This document shows, piece by piece, positions 1 through 9,164 of a stretch of DNA of 52,224 bases. The notes beneath the pieces are model-generated. The model was not told the DNA's origin. It made no database searches and saw only the letters and a list, made by a program, of their open reading frames with translations. Origin of the DNA: Parcubacteria group bacterium (GTDB taxonomy: Bacteria; Patescibacteriota; JABMPQ01). The translations under genes and the position numbers were made by a program. The stretch covers positions 1 through 52,224 of the forward strand of contig JABMPQ010000006.1 of the NCBI GenBank assembly GCA_013202585.1, given 5' to 3'. Within the stretch, counting starts at the first letter, position 1. Every line of letters starts with the position of its first letter.

Positions 1-1
1 A

Positions 2-133
2 CTAACAGATAAAGACGTATACACTATCCAAGAGAAGCTTAACAACAGACCAAGGAAATCACTTAACTATCTAACCCCTAACCAAGTTATTGCTCAGGTA
101 ATGGACAATGAAGGTGGGGCAATAGAACCTTGA
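2..133 (+). mobile_element. 3' end of IS30-family transposase, truncated by window start; probable right end to about 140
   Basis: Frame 2 reads LTDKDVYTIQEKLNNRPRKSLNYLTPNQVIAQ...GGAIEP*. LNNRPRKxLxYxTP is the typical IS30 transposase C-terminal motif. Confidence 0.85.
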
Positions 134-206
134 ATTCACGGTGAATATTGATACTACCTATCTGATGATGGTTTTGATATAATAGAGAAAACAGTAATCA
201 TATTCA

Positions 207-1709
207 ATGAAAAAAATCACTGCTGTCATTATCATTTTTTTAGCAGTTTTGTTTTTAGCGGGAGCAGCGGCCGCTGGCTATTTTTGCTATCAAAAAATTA
301 GCCAAGAATCCCAGGATAAAGAAACTTCTCAATCGGTTACTGAATCGGATGAGTCTCAGGAAAGCAAGTTAGAAGTTGAGAAAGTCGAATTATTGAAATT
401 AGATCCTACCAAAGAGGCTACTCATCTTTCTAAAGTGGCTGACGCTAAAGGTGCCTATTGGGCTAGGTATTTTGATGTTGTCTGGAATGATGTTGAGGAA
501 GTTAAGGGCGAGTTTGATTGGTCGCGTACTGATGAGCAGATGAAACATTTACAGCAGCAAGGAATTTATCCACTGGCCAATTTAAAGCCTTTTACTAATT
601 GGGATCAAGACACCTGCCATCCGGAAGCGAAGTATGAAGCTGAGGGTGCTAAAGGCAGAAGTAAAGTAAAAGTGGGTAAACCTTGCGATATGACAGCTTA
701 CACTGACTTTTTAGCCAAAGTGGTAGAGAGATATGATGGTGATGGGCAGGATGATATGCCAGGCCTAGAAATCCCGTTAAAATATTGGGAAATTATGAAT
801 GAACCTACAATGCAAGGTGGCTCACTCGGTGGAGCGGGTGAAGATTTGAAATTTTTCGTGGGCACCTCGCAGGAATATTTAGATATTCTTAAGGCTTCGT
901 ATCAGACTATTAAGGAAGTCGATTCCGAAGCTAAAGTTCTCCCGGCGGGAATGGCCGGGGTGAATCAAGAATTTCAAGATTTCTGGCGACCAGTGCTGGA
1001 GAATGGAGGTGGGGACTATTTTGATATTGCCAATATTCATACTATCGGTACGAACGAGCGTCGAGATGATTTGTACATAATAAAGTATAAAAAGTTTTTG
1101 GAGCAGTATGATATTAGAGATAAACCGATTTGGATTACGGAGGTACAGTATGGGGATCTAATGGGTAAGCCTCAGGATGTAGTGGGCTTGGAAAAACTGA
1201 TGGCCAGAAGTACAGCGTTTTCTCTAGCGCAAGGAGCGAACGTGCTATTTTACATTGAAAACTGGTTGTATTGGGACGAGGAAGATCATTACCTTAAGCC
1301 AGATAAAGAGCTGGAGAAATTGGAGGAGAAAGAATCTCCTGATGCAGTAGATATGAAGGAAGAAGAGAAAAAGAAGAAATTTAAAGAAGGTGACCCGGCT
1401 GCTTTGGATAGTTCCACTCATAAAGTTTATCTAAATCTGGTAGATAAACTTAATGGCTTTGATCAGATCGAGACGATTAAAGAGGAATACCAGGAAAACC
1501 CCAGCCAGCATGATGGAGCAACTTCTACGGTGGGGCAATATAAATTTGTTAGCGGCGAGGAATCAGTTTACGTTTTATGGGGTCAGGCGGAATTGCCAGC
1601 TGAAATAACCGGTAAAGTTTTAGTCACGGATATTTATGGGGAAAGTGAGGAGAGGGAAGCGAGCGAGATTGTTTTGAGTGACAGCCCGGTTTTTGTCGAA
1701 ATGCGTTAA
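207..1709 (+). CDS. Membrane-anchored clan GH-A glycoside hydrolase (GH39/GH5-like)
   Basis: N-terminal hydrophobic helix; WEIMNEP (acid/base) and PIWITE (nucleophile) motifs; GEFDWSRTD segment. Confidence 0.7.
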   Translation: MKKITAVIIIFLAVLFLAGAAAAGYFCYQKISQESQDKETSQSVTESDESQESKLEVEKVELLKLDPTKEATHLSKVADAKGAYWARYFDVVWNDVEEVKGEFDWSRTDEQMKHLQQQGIYPLANLKPFTNWDQDTCHPEAKYEAEGAKGRSKVKVGKPCDMTAYTDFLAKVVERYDGDGQDDMPGLEIPLKYWEIMNEPTMQGGSLGGAGEDLKFFVGTSQEYLDILKASYQTIKEVDSEAKVLPAGMAGVNQEFQDFWRPVLENGGGDYFDIANIHTIGTNERRDDLYIIKYKKFLEQYDIRDKPIWITEVQYGDLMGKPQDVVGLEKLMARSTAFSLAQGANVLFYIENWLYWDEEDHYLKPDKELEKLEEKESPDAVDMKEEEKKKKFKEGDPAALDSSTHKVYLNLVDKLNGFDQIETIKEEYQENPSQHDGATSTVGQYKFVSGEESVYVLWGQAELPAEITGKVLVTDIYGESEEREASEIVLSDSPVFVEMR

Positions 1710-1735
1710 AGAGCTCAAATGTGGACAAAATTCTT

Positions 1736-1764
1736 TTGACACTTTTGTTAAGTTGACTTAAACT
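1736..1764 (+). promoter_or_regulatory. sigma70-type promoter for carA operon
   Basis: TTGACA (1736-1741), 17-bp spacer, TAAACT (1759-1764). Confidence 0.6.
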
Positions 1765-1822
1765 AGAAGAAATATAAATTATTCCCACGACTGACCAATG
1801 AATTTAAATATCAGACAGCCTG

Positions 1823-1849
1823 AATCACCCACGGAGGGGTGATTTTTTT
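1823..1849 (+). terminator. Intrinsic terminator or attenuator in carA leader
   Basis: AATCACCC-acggag-GGGTGATT followed by a T-run. Confidence 0.7.
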
Positions 1850-1851
1850 AA

Positions 1852-1973
1852 AGGATTTTTGTGGTTGGCACACTTCTTCGTTAGAAGCTGCGGGGCTCGC
1901 TCAATGTATGTCAAAATACATCTCGCTTCACTCCTCGCTTCTGCCTCGAATTGTACTCAACCCCAAAAATCCT
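1852..1973. repeat. Long imperfect inverted repeat (REP/MITE-like)
   Basis: Nested pairings AGGATTTTTG/CAAAAATCCT, GGTTG/CAACC, TTCG/CGAA, AGAAGC/GCTTCT, ATGTAT/ATACAT. Confidence 0.7.
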
Positions 1974-1989
1974 CTGAAAATTAATTCTT

Positions 1990-3066
1990 ATGACTCAACC
2001 CCAAAAACCAGCTAAAATTATTCTTAAAGACGGCTCCACTTTTACGGGGATTTTTTTTGGTCAACCAAAAGCAGTGGCCGGTGAAGTTGTCTTCAATACC
2101 GGCATGGTGGGCTATCCGGAAACTCTGACGGATCCTTCCTATCGCGGTCAGATATTAGTTCTGACTTATCCACTGATTGGTAATTACGGTGTTCCCGGCA
2201 AGGCCAAAGAAGACGGCCTACTCAAGTATTTCGAATCAGACGAGATTCATATCCAAGGTTTGATCGTAGCTGATTATTCCGCTAATTATTCTCATTGGAA
2301 TGCCAAGAAATCGTTAGGGGAGTGGTTGCAGGAACATGATATACCAGGGGTGACAGGAATTGATACGAGAGAATTGACGAAAAAGTTGCGCGAGCAGGGA
2401 ACGATGTTAGGTAAAATAGTTTACGGTCGACATAATATTGAATTCATCGATCCGAATAAGAAAAATTTGGCGGCCGAAGTCAGTGTCCAGCAGCCTGTTT
2501 TATATAAAAAAGGCCGGCGCCGGATTATTTTAATAGACTGTGGCACTAAAAACAACATTATTAGATCATTTTTACGTCGGAATATTTCTGTGCTACGAGT
2601 GCCCTGGGATTATGATTTCACGCGGGAAAAAGCTGACGGCATTGTTATTTCCAACGGGCCGGGAGATCCTAAAATGTGCCAGAAAACAATCCGCAATGTT
2701 AGAAAAGCTCTAAAAGGAAACACACCTATTTTAGGAATATGTTTGGGAGCACAAATTCTGGCTTTAGCGGCTCGGGCAAATACCTATAAGCTAAAATACG
2801 GACATCGGGGTCAAAACCAGCCTTGTCTCGAAGTCGGCACCAAGAGATGCTATATCACTTCCCAGAATCATGGCTATGCGGTTGATTCACGTTCCATTCC
2901 TCGCGGCTGGCGTGAATGGTTTGTGAACAATAACGATCAGACTAACGAAGGCATTATTCATACGACCAAGCCTTTTTACGGAGCGCAGTTTCATCCGGAG
3001 GCCTCACCGGGACCAGACGACACCGAGTTTATTTTCGACGCTTTTGTCAAAGCAGTAAATATGTGA
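1990..3066 (+). CDS. carA: Carbamoyl-phosphate synthase small subunit
   Basis: GEVVFNTGMVGYPE, TDPSYRGQIL, SNGPGDP, GICLG, QFHPEA motifs. Confidence 0.98.
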   Translation: MTQPQKPAKIILKDGSTFTGIFFGQPKAVAGEVVFNTGMVGYPETLTDPSYRGQILVLTYPLIGNYGVPGKAKEDGLLKYFESDEIHIQGLIVADYSANYSHWNAKKSLGEWLQEHDIPGVTGIDTRELTKKLREQGTMLGKIVYGRHNIEFIDPNKKNLAAEVSVQQPVLYKKGRRRIILIDCGTKNNIIRSFLRRNISVLRVPWDYDFTREKADGIVISNGPGDPKMCQKTIRNVRKALKGNTPILGICLGAQILALAARANTYKLKYGHRGQNQPCLEVGTKRCYITSQNHGYAVDSRSIPRGWREWFVNNNDQTNEGIIHTTKPFYGAQFHPEASPGPDDTEFIFDAFVKAVNM

Positions 3067-3211
3067 ATTCGGAAATCCTCACATTTTTAGTCCCTGAGCT
3101 TATCTGTAGTGAGCTTGTCGAACCTATCGAAGGGTTAAAAATGAGTCAAAAAGTTATCCTTCGACAAGCTCAGGAAATAACTTTTGGCTTTAAGCATAGT
3201 TTCCGGATTCA
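3064..3211. repeat. Composite REP-like palindromic element with nested CCTGAGCTTGTCGAAGG-type units
   Basis: Outer inverted repeat TGAATTCGGAAA/TTTCCGGATTCA; internal hairpins carry CCCTGAGCT...GAAGGG and TCCTTCGACAAGCTCAGGA in their loops. Confidence 0.8.
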
Positions 3212-3226
3212 GGCAATAAATAAGTA

Positions 3227-6200
3227 ATGAAGAAAGTACTAGTACTAGGTTCAGGAGCTATCAAAATCGGCCAAGCCGGTGAATTTGACTATTCTGGTAG
3301 TCAGGCCATCAAAGCTTTAAAAGAAGAAGGGATCAAGACGGTTTTAGTAAATCCAAATATTGCTACTATTCAGACCTCTGACTATTTGGCGGACGAGGTC
3401 TATTTTTTGCCGATAGATGTTCACCATGTTACCAAGATTATTAAGAAGGAGAAGCCGGATGGAGTGTTGTTGAGTTTTGGTGGTCAGACAGCTTTGAACG
3501 TAGGAATCGATTTAGACAAAAAGGGCATATTGAAAAGACATGGTGTTAAAGTGCTGGGCACGCCAGTTAAAACTATAATGGACACAGAGGACCGGGATCT
3601 TTTTGTTAGGAAGCTGCGTGAAATTAAACTTAAAGCGCCGACTAGCAAGGTGGCCACTTCGGTGGAACAAGCAGCGAAGATTGCTGATCAGATTGGCTAT
3701 CCGGTAATGTGTCGGATCGCTTTTGCTCTGGGCGGGTTAGGCTCGGGAGTTGCTTATAATCAGCAAGAGTTAACTGACTTAGTTAAGAAGGGATTTTCTC
3801 ATGCCAAACAGATTTTGATTGAAGAGTATCTAGAGGGCTGGAAAGAGCTGGAATACGAAGTCGTCAGAGACCAGGACGATAATTGTATTGTTGTTTGCTC
3901 GATGGAAAATATTGATCCGATGGGAGTGCATACTGGAGAGAGCGTGGTGGTGGCGCCCGTGCAGACTTTGACGGCGACGGAAAATTTTCGGCTGAGAGCG
4001 TTAGCGATTAAAACTATCAGACATCTGGGAGTGATCGGGGAATGTAATATCCAATTTGCCTTTGATCCGCGATCGGATGATTATCGTATTATCGAAGTCA
4101 ATGCTCGACTTAGTCGTAGTTCCGCTTTAGCCTCGAAAGCGACCGGTTACCCGCTGGCTTTCATTGCGGCTAAATTAGTATTAGGAAAAAATCTAACTGA
4201 GCTGGAAAACTCTATTACCAAAGTAACCTCAGCTTGTTTCGAACCAGCTCTAGATTATATTGTGCTTAAGTTCCCGCGCTGGGACTTGAAAAAATTTCGC
4301 AAAGTCAGTGATAGTCTGGGTTCAGAAATGAAATCGGTGGGGGAAGTAATGGCGATCGGGCGAAACTTTGAAGAAGTGCTGCAAAAAGCGATTAGAATGT
4401 TGGATACGGGGATGGTGGGATTAGTGGGTAACCAGAAAAAATTTCGTAATCTCTCCGAAGCAGTGGCCAAGCCAACGGAAAGGCGACTTTTTGCCATTGC
4501 TCAGGCGATTAGGAGAGGCTACTCGCTTGATAAAATTTACCAACTGGCGAAAATCGATCGCTGGTTTTTAGGTAAAATCAAAAATATTGTCGAGGTTGAG
4601 CGAGAAGTAAAAAAACACCGCCTGCAAAATTTACCTAAGCCGCTGCTAAAAGAAGCCAAGCGTCGGGGCTTTTCTGATGTGCAAATAGGCGCCTTGACGG
4701 GTAGCGTGGAAACAAAAGTACGGCAAAAGAGAAAAAGAATGGGTATTGTGCCGGTTGTAAAACAAATAGATACGCTGGCGGCGGAATATCCGGCCAAAAC
4801 CAATTATCTATATTTAACTTACGACGGCTCTGGCAACGACCTCGATAGTCGAGCCGGAAAGCAAATTATTGTTCTCGGGGGTGGCCCTTATCGGATCGGT
4901 TCTTCGGTGGAATTCGATTGGTGTTGTGTTAATTCCATTATGACTTTGGAGAAACTGGGCTACAATACAATTATGATCAATTGTAATCCAGAAACGGTTA
5001 GTACTGATTATGATATCTGTGATAAATTATTTTTTGAAGAATTATCGCTGGAGAGAGTTCTCGATATTTGCGATCAGGAAAAGCCGCAGGGGGTGATAGT
5101 GGCGATGGGCGGACAGACACCTAACAATTTAGCTTTGCCGTTGCATAAGGCGGGGATAAAAATCAAGGGAACAACTCCGGGCAACATTGACCGAGCAGAA
5201 AATCGCCATACATTTTCGGGTCTGCTAGATAAACTAGGAATTGATCAGCCGGAATGGAAAGAATTAACTAGTCTCAAGGCAGCCGAGAATTTCGCTAACA
5301 ATATTGGCTATCCCGTTTTAATTCGACCGAGTTATGTTCTCAGTGGCGCGGCGATGAGTGTTGCCCTGAATAAAGAAGAGTTAAAAAAATATCTCAAGAA
5401 AGCCTCCGCTATTAATAAAGAATATCCGGTAGTTATTAGTAAATATATCATTAAGGCCAAGGAGATTGATATCGATGCGGTGGCTGAAAAGGGAGAGCTT
5501 GTTTGCTATGCTATTTCCGAACATGTGGAAAACGCGGGAGTACATTCTGGCGATGCTACCTTAGTGTTGCCACCTCAGCGGACATATTTAGCCACAATGC
5601 GACAGATTAAAAAGATCGCTCGTCAGATCGCCGCCGCTTTGCAGATCACCGGCCCCTTCAATATCCAATTTATTGCCAAAGATAATAGCGTGAAGGTAAT
5701 TGAATGTAATTTGCGCGCCTCACGTAGTTTCCCCTTTATTTCCAAGGTTTTTAAGCTGAATTTTATTGATTTGGCCACTAAGGTTATCATGGGTAAAACG
5801 GTGCCAGCGATCGAAAAATCATCTTTTGCTTTAGATTACGTGGGTGTAAAAGCGCCGCAATTCTCCTTCACTCGTCTCAAAGGTTCCGATCCAGTGCAAA
5901 ATGTAGAAATGACTTCTACGGGCGAAGTAGCCTGCTTGGGGGATGATTTTCAGGAAGCTTTCTTGAAAAGTTTGCAGGCAGTTGGTTTTAAAATGCCTCA
6001 GAAGACAATATTATTATCAACTGGCCCGGTGGAAAGCAAAGCGGACTTTTTACCGAGTGTGAGAAAGCTTGCCGAAATGGGATTTGAGTTTTATGCTACT
6101 AAGGGGACGGCTGATTTTCTGAAAACCCACGGGCTTAAAGCTAAGGTTCTCTACTGGCCGTTGGAAAATAAGGAACCGAGCACTCTTAGCTATATTGCGG

Positions 6201-6403
6201 ACGGAAAAATTGATTTGGTGATCAATATTCCTAAAAATGAGCAGCGAGAAGAATTGGACAATGATTACCTCATCAGACGTAAAGCCGTTGATTTCGATGT
6301 CCCATTGATTACTAATATGCAGTTGGCTAAACGACTAGTAGAAGCTATGTCCGAAAAATCTACCCAAGAGCTGGAAGTTAAAAGTTGGCGTGAGTATGAG
6401 TAA
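3227..6403 (+). CDS. carB: Carbamoyl-phosphate synthase large subunit
   Basis: GSGAIKIGQAGEFDYSGSQA, two ATP-grasp halves (EVNARLSRSS, ECNLRASRS), C-terminal MGS-like domain. Confidence 0.98.
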   Translation: MKKVLVLGSGAIKIGQAGEFDYSGSQAIKALKEEGIKTVLVNPNIATIQTSDYLADEVYFLPIDVHHVTKIIKKEKPDGVLLSFGGQTALNVGIDLDKKGILKRHGVKVLGTPVKTIMDTEDRDLFVRKLREIKLKAPTSKVATSVEQAAKIADQIGYPVMCRIAFALGGLGSGVAYNQQELTDLVKKGFSHAKQILIEEYLEGWKELEYEVVRDQDDNCIVVCSMENIDPMGVHTGESVVVAPVQTLTATENFRLRALAIKTIRHLGVIGECNIQFAFDPRSDDYRIIEVNARLSRSSALASKATGYPLAFIAAKLVLGKNLTELENSITKVTSACFEPALDYIVLKFPRWDLKKFRKVSDSLGSEMKSVGEVMAIGRNFEEVLQKAIRMLDTGMVGLVGNQKKFRNLSEAVAKPTERRLFAIAQAIRRGYSLDKIYQLAKIDRWFLGKIKNIVEVEREVKKHRLQNLPKPLLKEAKRRGFSDVQIGALTGSVETKVRQKRKRMGIVPVVKQIDTLAAEYPAKTNYLYLTYDGSGNDLDSRAGKQIIVLGGGPYRIGSSVEFDWCCVNSIMTLEKLGYNTIMINCNPETVSTDYDICDKLFFEELSLERVLDICDQEKPQGVIVAMGGQTPNNLALPLHKAGIKIKGTTPGNIDRAENRHTFSGLLDKLGIDQPEWKELTSLKAAENFANNIGYPVLIRPSYVLSGAAMSVALNKEELKKYLKKASAINKEYPVVISKYIIKAKEIDIDAVAEKGELVCYAISEHVENAGVHSGDATLVLPPQRTYLATMRQIKKIARQIAAALQITGPFNIQFIAKDNSVKVIECNLRASRSFPFISKVFKLNFIDLATKVIMGKTVPAIEKSSFALDYVGVKAPQFSFTRLKGSDPVQNVEMTSTGEVACLGDDFQEAFLKSLQAVGFKMPQKTILLSTGPVESKADFLPSVRKLAEMGFEFYATKGTADFLKTHGLKAKVLYWPLENKEPSTLSYIADGKIDLVINIPKNEQREELDNDYLIRRKAVDFDVPLITNMQLAKRLVEAMSEKSTQELEVKSWREYE

Positions 6404-6481
6404 TTGTGTGCGTCGCCGCCCCGCTCGCGTGCTGCCACCCCATCCGACAAAATTTGTATAAATTAATTAACAACCAATATT

Positions 6482-7408
6482 ATGCCTGCAAAAAGTTTTC
6501 GAGACAGAGACGTCATCTCGGTCAAAGATCTGACCAAGGCGGATATCCAGAAAATTCTCCAAGTAGCCCAGCAGCTAAAAAAGAAGCCCCGTCCGGAGTT
6601 GCTGAAAAACAAGGTAATGGCCAGTTTGTTTTTTGAGCCATCAACGCGAACACGTTTATCATTTGAGACAGCGATGGAGCGGTTGGGTGGGCGAGTGGTT
6701 GGCTTTGCTGAAGCGGGCGTGTCTTCTTCATCAAAGGGAGAGAGCCTCTACGATGCTATGAAGATTGTCGGGCAATACGTTGATGTGATCGCCATGCGTC
6801 ACCCGGTTGAAGGATCAGCCCGGCGAGCAGCGGAGTCTACTGATAAACCAGTTCTCAATGGCGGCGATGGCGCCAACCAACATCCCACTCAGACGTTGTT
6901 AGATCTATTTTCCATCTACGAGACGCAGAAAAAGTTAAATGGCTTAGAGGTGGCAATGGTGGGCGATCTTAAGTATGGTCGGACAGTGCATTCGTTAGCT
7001 TCAGCTTTGACGCACTTTGGCGCGCGACTCCATTTCGTCGCTCCGGAAATGCTGCAAATGCCTAGCTATATTCTTGAAGAGCTAAAAGCCAAAAAGATCA
7101 AATATTCACTACACGAGGAAATCGACGAGGTGATCAACAAAGTGGATATTCTCTATATGACGCGAATTCAGAAAGAACGATTTACTGACCCGCTCGACTA
7201 TGAAAGAGCAAAAGATGTTTACGTGTTGACCAAGGATCATTTGGCGAAAGTCAAAAAGAACCTGCGCGTGATGCATCCCTTGCCACGAGTTAACGAAATT
7301 GCGACGGAAGTAGATGCCACTCCGCACGCCTACTATTTCGAACAAGCCGAAAATGGCTTATATGCTCGGCAGGCGTTGTTGGCTCTAGTATTAGGAAAAA
7401 TTAAATAA
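6482..7408 (+). CDS. pyrB: Aspartate carbamoyltransferase catalytic subunit
   Basis: FFEPSTRTRLSFE, HPTQTLLD, RIQKER, MHPLPR. Confidence 0.97.
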   Translation: MPAKSFRDRDVISVKDLTKADIQKILQVAQQLKKKPRPELLKNKVMASLFFEPSTRTRLSFETAMERLGGRVVGFAEAGVSSSSKGESLYDAMKIVGQYVDVIAMRHPVEGSARRAAESTDKPVLNGGDGANQHPTQTLLDLFSIYETQKKLNGLEVAMVGDLKYGRTVHSLASALTHFGARLHFVAPEMLQMPSYILEELKAKKIKYSLHEEIDEVINKVDILYMTRIQKERFTDPLDYERAKDVYVLTKDHLAKVKKNLRVMHPLPRVNEIATEVDATPHAYYFEQAENGLYARQALLALVLGKIK

Positions 7409-7418
7409 ATTAATAATA

Positions 7419-7922
7419 ATGAAAAAAGATATTAAAATAGAGGAAATGAAAAAGCTACGTCCCTTCCGCGTGTTTGCGATTGAGCGGGGGACGGTGATCG
7501 ATCATATTCCGGCGGGCAAGGCCCTCACTTTAGTGAAGGTACTCAAGCTACCGGCGCATAATAAGATCGTTACTCTAGGGCTAAACTTTAAAAGTAAAAA
7601 AGGGGGACAAAAAGACATTGTTAAAGTGGAAGGCAAGGAATTATCTCAAGAAGAGGTCAATCAAGTAGCCATCTTAGTGCCGACAGCCACCATTAATATT
7701 ATTCGCAACTATAAGGTGGCGGATAAGTTCAAGGCCAAGATGCCAAAGATGATCGAGAAACTGCTAGTGTGTCCTAATCCGAATTGTATTACTCGGCAGG
7801 AAGAGGTCATCACTAAGTTTTATCCGGCAGCTAAAAAGAAAGACGAATACGATTTCCGCTGTCATTATTGCGAACGGAATTTCCCGGAAGAAGAAATTAT
7901 TGCGGAAATTAATAATAAGTAG
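7419..7922 (+). CDS. pyrI: Aspartate carbamoyltransferase regulatory subunit
   Basis: IERGTVIDHIPAG, KDIVKVE, Zn motif CPNPNC...CHYC; follows pyrB. Confidence 0.95.
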   Translation: MKKDIKIEEMKKLRPFRVFAIERGTVIDHIPAGKALTLVKVLKLPAHNKIVTLGLNFKSKKGGQKDIVKVEGKELSQEEVNQVAILVPTATINIIRNYKVADKFKAKMPKMIEKLLVCPNPNCITRQEEVITKFYPAAKKKDEYDFRCHYCERNFPEEEIIAEINNK

Positions 7923-7925
7923 GGG

Positions 7926-7991
7926 GTGGGTAAGCTGATGATGAAACGGGGATATGATGATGGTTGAAAGTAAGGCTATTGGTGCTATAAT
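7926..7991 (+). promoter_or_regulatory. Repeated 66-bp promoter-bearing element, copy 1
   Basis: 51/66 ungapped identity with 30583-30648; ends in extended -10 TGcTATAAT. Confidence 0.7.
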
Positions 7992-8012
7992 CCAATCACA
8001 TAATACAACTTT

Positions 8013-8225
8013 ATGAAATCGGGCAATTCCAAAAACAAAAAAGGCTTGAAAGAAAGATTTTTAGAAATTTACGCTAATTTGCCCTTGGGAGTAAGGCGAG
8101 AAATAATATTAGTTTTGGATGATGAAGAGCCAATCACTTGGGAGGTGGCGTTTGTGGAAATAAAATCAGATACTCCTCTGAGTGCAGTTATTTTAAAGAA
8201 GTTAGAAAAATTAGAAATAATTTAA
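8013..8225 (+). CDS. Small hypothetical protein (70 aa), first gene of three-gene module
   Basis: ORF directly after promoter and tightly linked to the next two ORFs. Confidence 0.75.
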   Translation: MKSGNSKNKKGLKERFLEIYANLPLGVRREIILVLDDEEPITWEVAFVEIKSDTPLSAVILKKLEKLEII

Positions 8226-8231
8226 TTTTCT

Positions 8232-8477
8232 ATGCCTCGGAAAAGAAATAGAAAAAAGACAAAAAAAATATTATCTGACAAGGCAGTACGCAAGCTCGTA
8301 CTTGCTCGTTTATCAATTCTATCAAAAAATACAGTAATTTCTCTTGGTCAAAAAGGAAGTTTTACGCGCGATGAATTAGTAGAAAAAGTAGAGAAGGGCG
8401 ATGAAGTGGGAGAAAAACTGGCGGAAATTCAATTGGCTTGGTTAAGATCATTTAAAGATAAAACGGAGGAGGATTAA
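8232..8477 (+). CDS. Small hypothetical protein (81 aa), probable distant paralogue of the 70-aa protein
   Basis: 6-bp gap to previous gene and 2-bp gap to next; shares hydrophobic pattern with the 70-aa protein. Confidence 0.75.
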   Translation: MPRKRNRKKTKKILSDKAVRKLVLARLSILSKNTVISLGQKGSFTRDELVEKVEKGDEVGEKLAEIQLAWLRSFKDKTEED

Positions 8478-8479
8478 AT

Positions 8480-9121
8480 ATGAGAATAATTGTAACTCGG
8501 CCGCAGCATGATGTTACTACCAGATATCTTGCTGGTTGGGCAGAGGAGATTATTGATTTGGCAAGAAAAAAAGGCGTTACTGTTATTGATTTGAATAAAG
8601 ATAAAGCCAATAAAGATGGTTTTGTAGGAAGAATGAAAAAAGTACAGCCCGAACTGGTATTTCTAAATGGTCATGGAGGTGATAACTGTGTTTGTGGACA
8701 TGATAATGAGCAGTTAGTTAAATCTGGAGAAAATCATAATGTTTTAAAAGATAAAGTTACTTATGCTCTGTCTTGTAATTCCGGGAAGACATTGGGAGAA
8801 CAAGTCGCTAAAAATAGGAATACAACCTATATTGGCTATAAGGATGAATTTATCTTTATTAGCGATGACCGCTATGTGACTAGACCGCTAGAGGATCCAA
8901 GAGCAAAACCGTTTAGGGAATCATCTAATCAAGTGATGATTTCTCTTCTAAAAGGCAAGACTGCGCAAGAAGCATCAGAAAAATCTAAAGAGAAGTTTAA
9001 TAAATGCCGCATAGAAATGTTATCTAGTGGTTCCGACTCTGATTCTCTACAGGCAGCGCAGTTTCTATGGTGGAATGGACGAAATCAAGTGTGTTTAGGT
9101 GATACGGAGGCTAGGTTATAA
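8480..9121 (+). CDS. Putative clan CD (caspase/gingipain-fold) cysteine peptidase
   Basis: LVFLNGHG and TYALSCNSG: hydrophobic strand-His-Gly and strand-Ser-Cys dyad pattern about 35 aa apart; no signal peptide. Confidence 0.6.
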   Translation: MRIIVTRPQHDVTTRYLAGWAEEIIDLARKKGVTVIDLNKDKANKDGFVGRMKKVQPELVFLNGHGGDNCVCGHDNEQLVKSGENHNVLKDKVTYALSCNSGKTLGEQVAKNRNTTYIGYKDEFIFISDDRYVTRPLEDPRAKPFRESSNQVMISLLKGKTAQEASEKSKEKFNKCRIEMLSSGSDSDSLQAAQFLWWNGRNQVCLGDTEARL

Positions 9122-9138
9122 ATTTACGTGAATTTCTG

Positions 9139-9164
9139 TAAAGCCCTTGTTTGAGGGTTTTTTT
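9139..9164 (+). terminator. Intrinsic terminator after three-gene module
   Basis: AAAGCCCTTGTTTGAGGGTTTTTTTT; related inverted copy at 31288-31316. Confidence 0.6.

Noticed and set aside
1783-1825. Resemblance of CACGACTGAC...CAGCCTG to a ZTP riboswitch or PyrR site
   Set aside because: The core GACUGGCG/CGCCUGGG pseudoknot, P2 stem and the PyrR AGUCC-AGAGAGG motif are absent.
6406-6636. 76-aa ORF between carB and pyrB
   Set aside because: Overlaps pyrB out of frame and has no recognisable motif.
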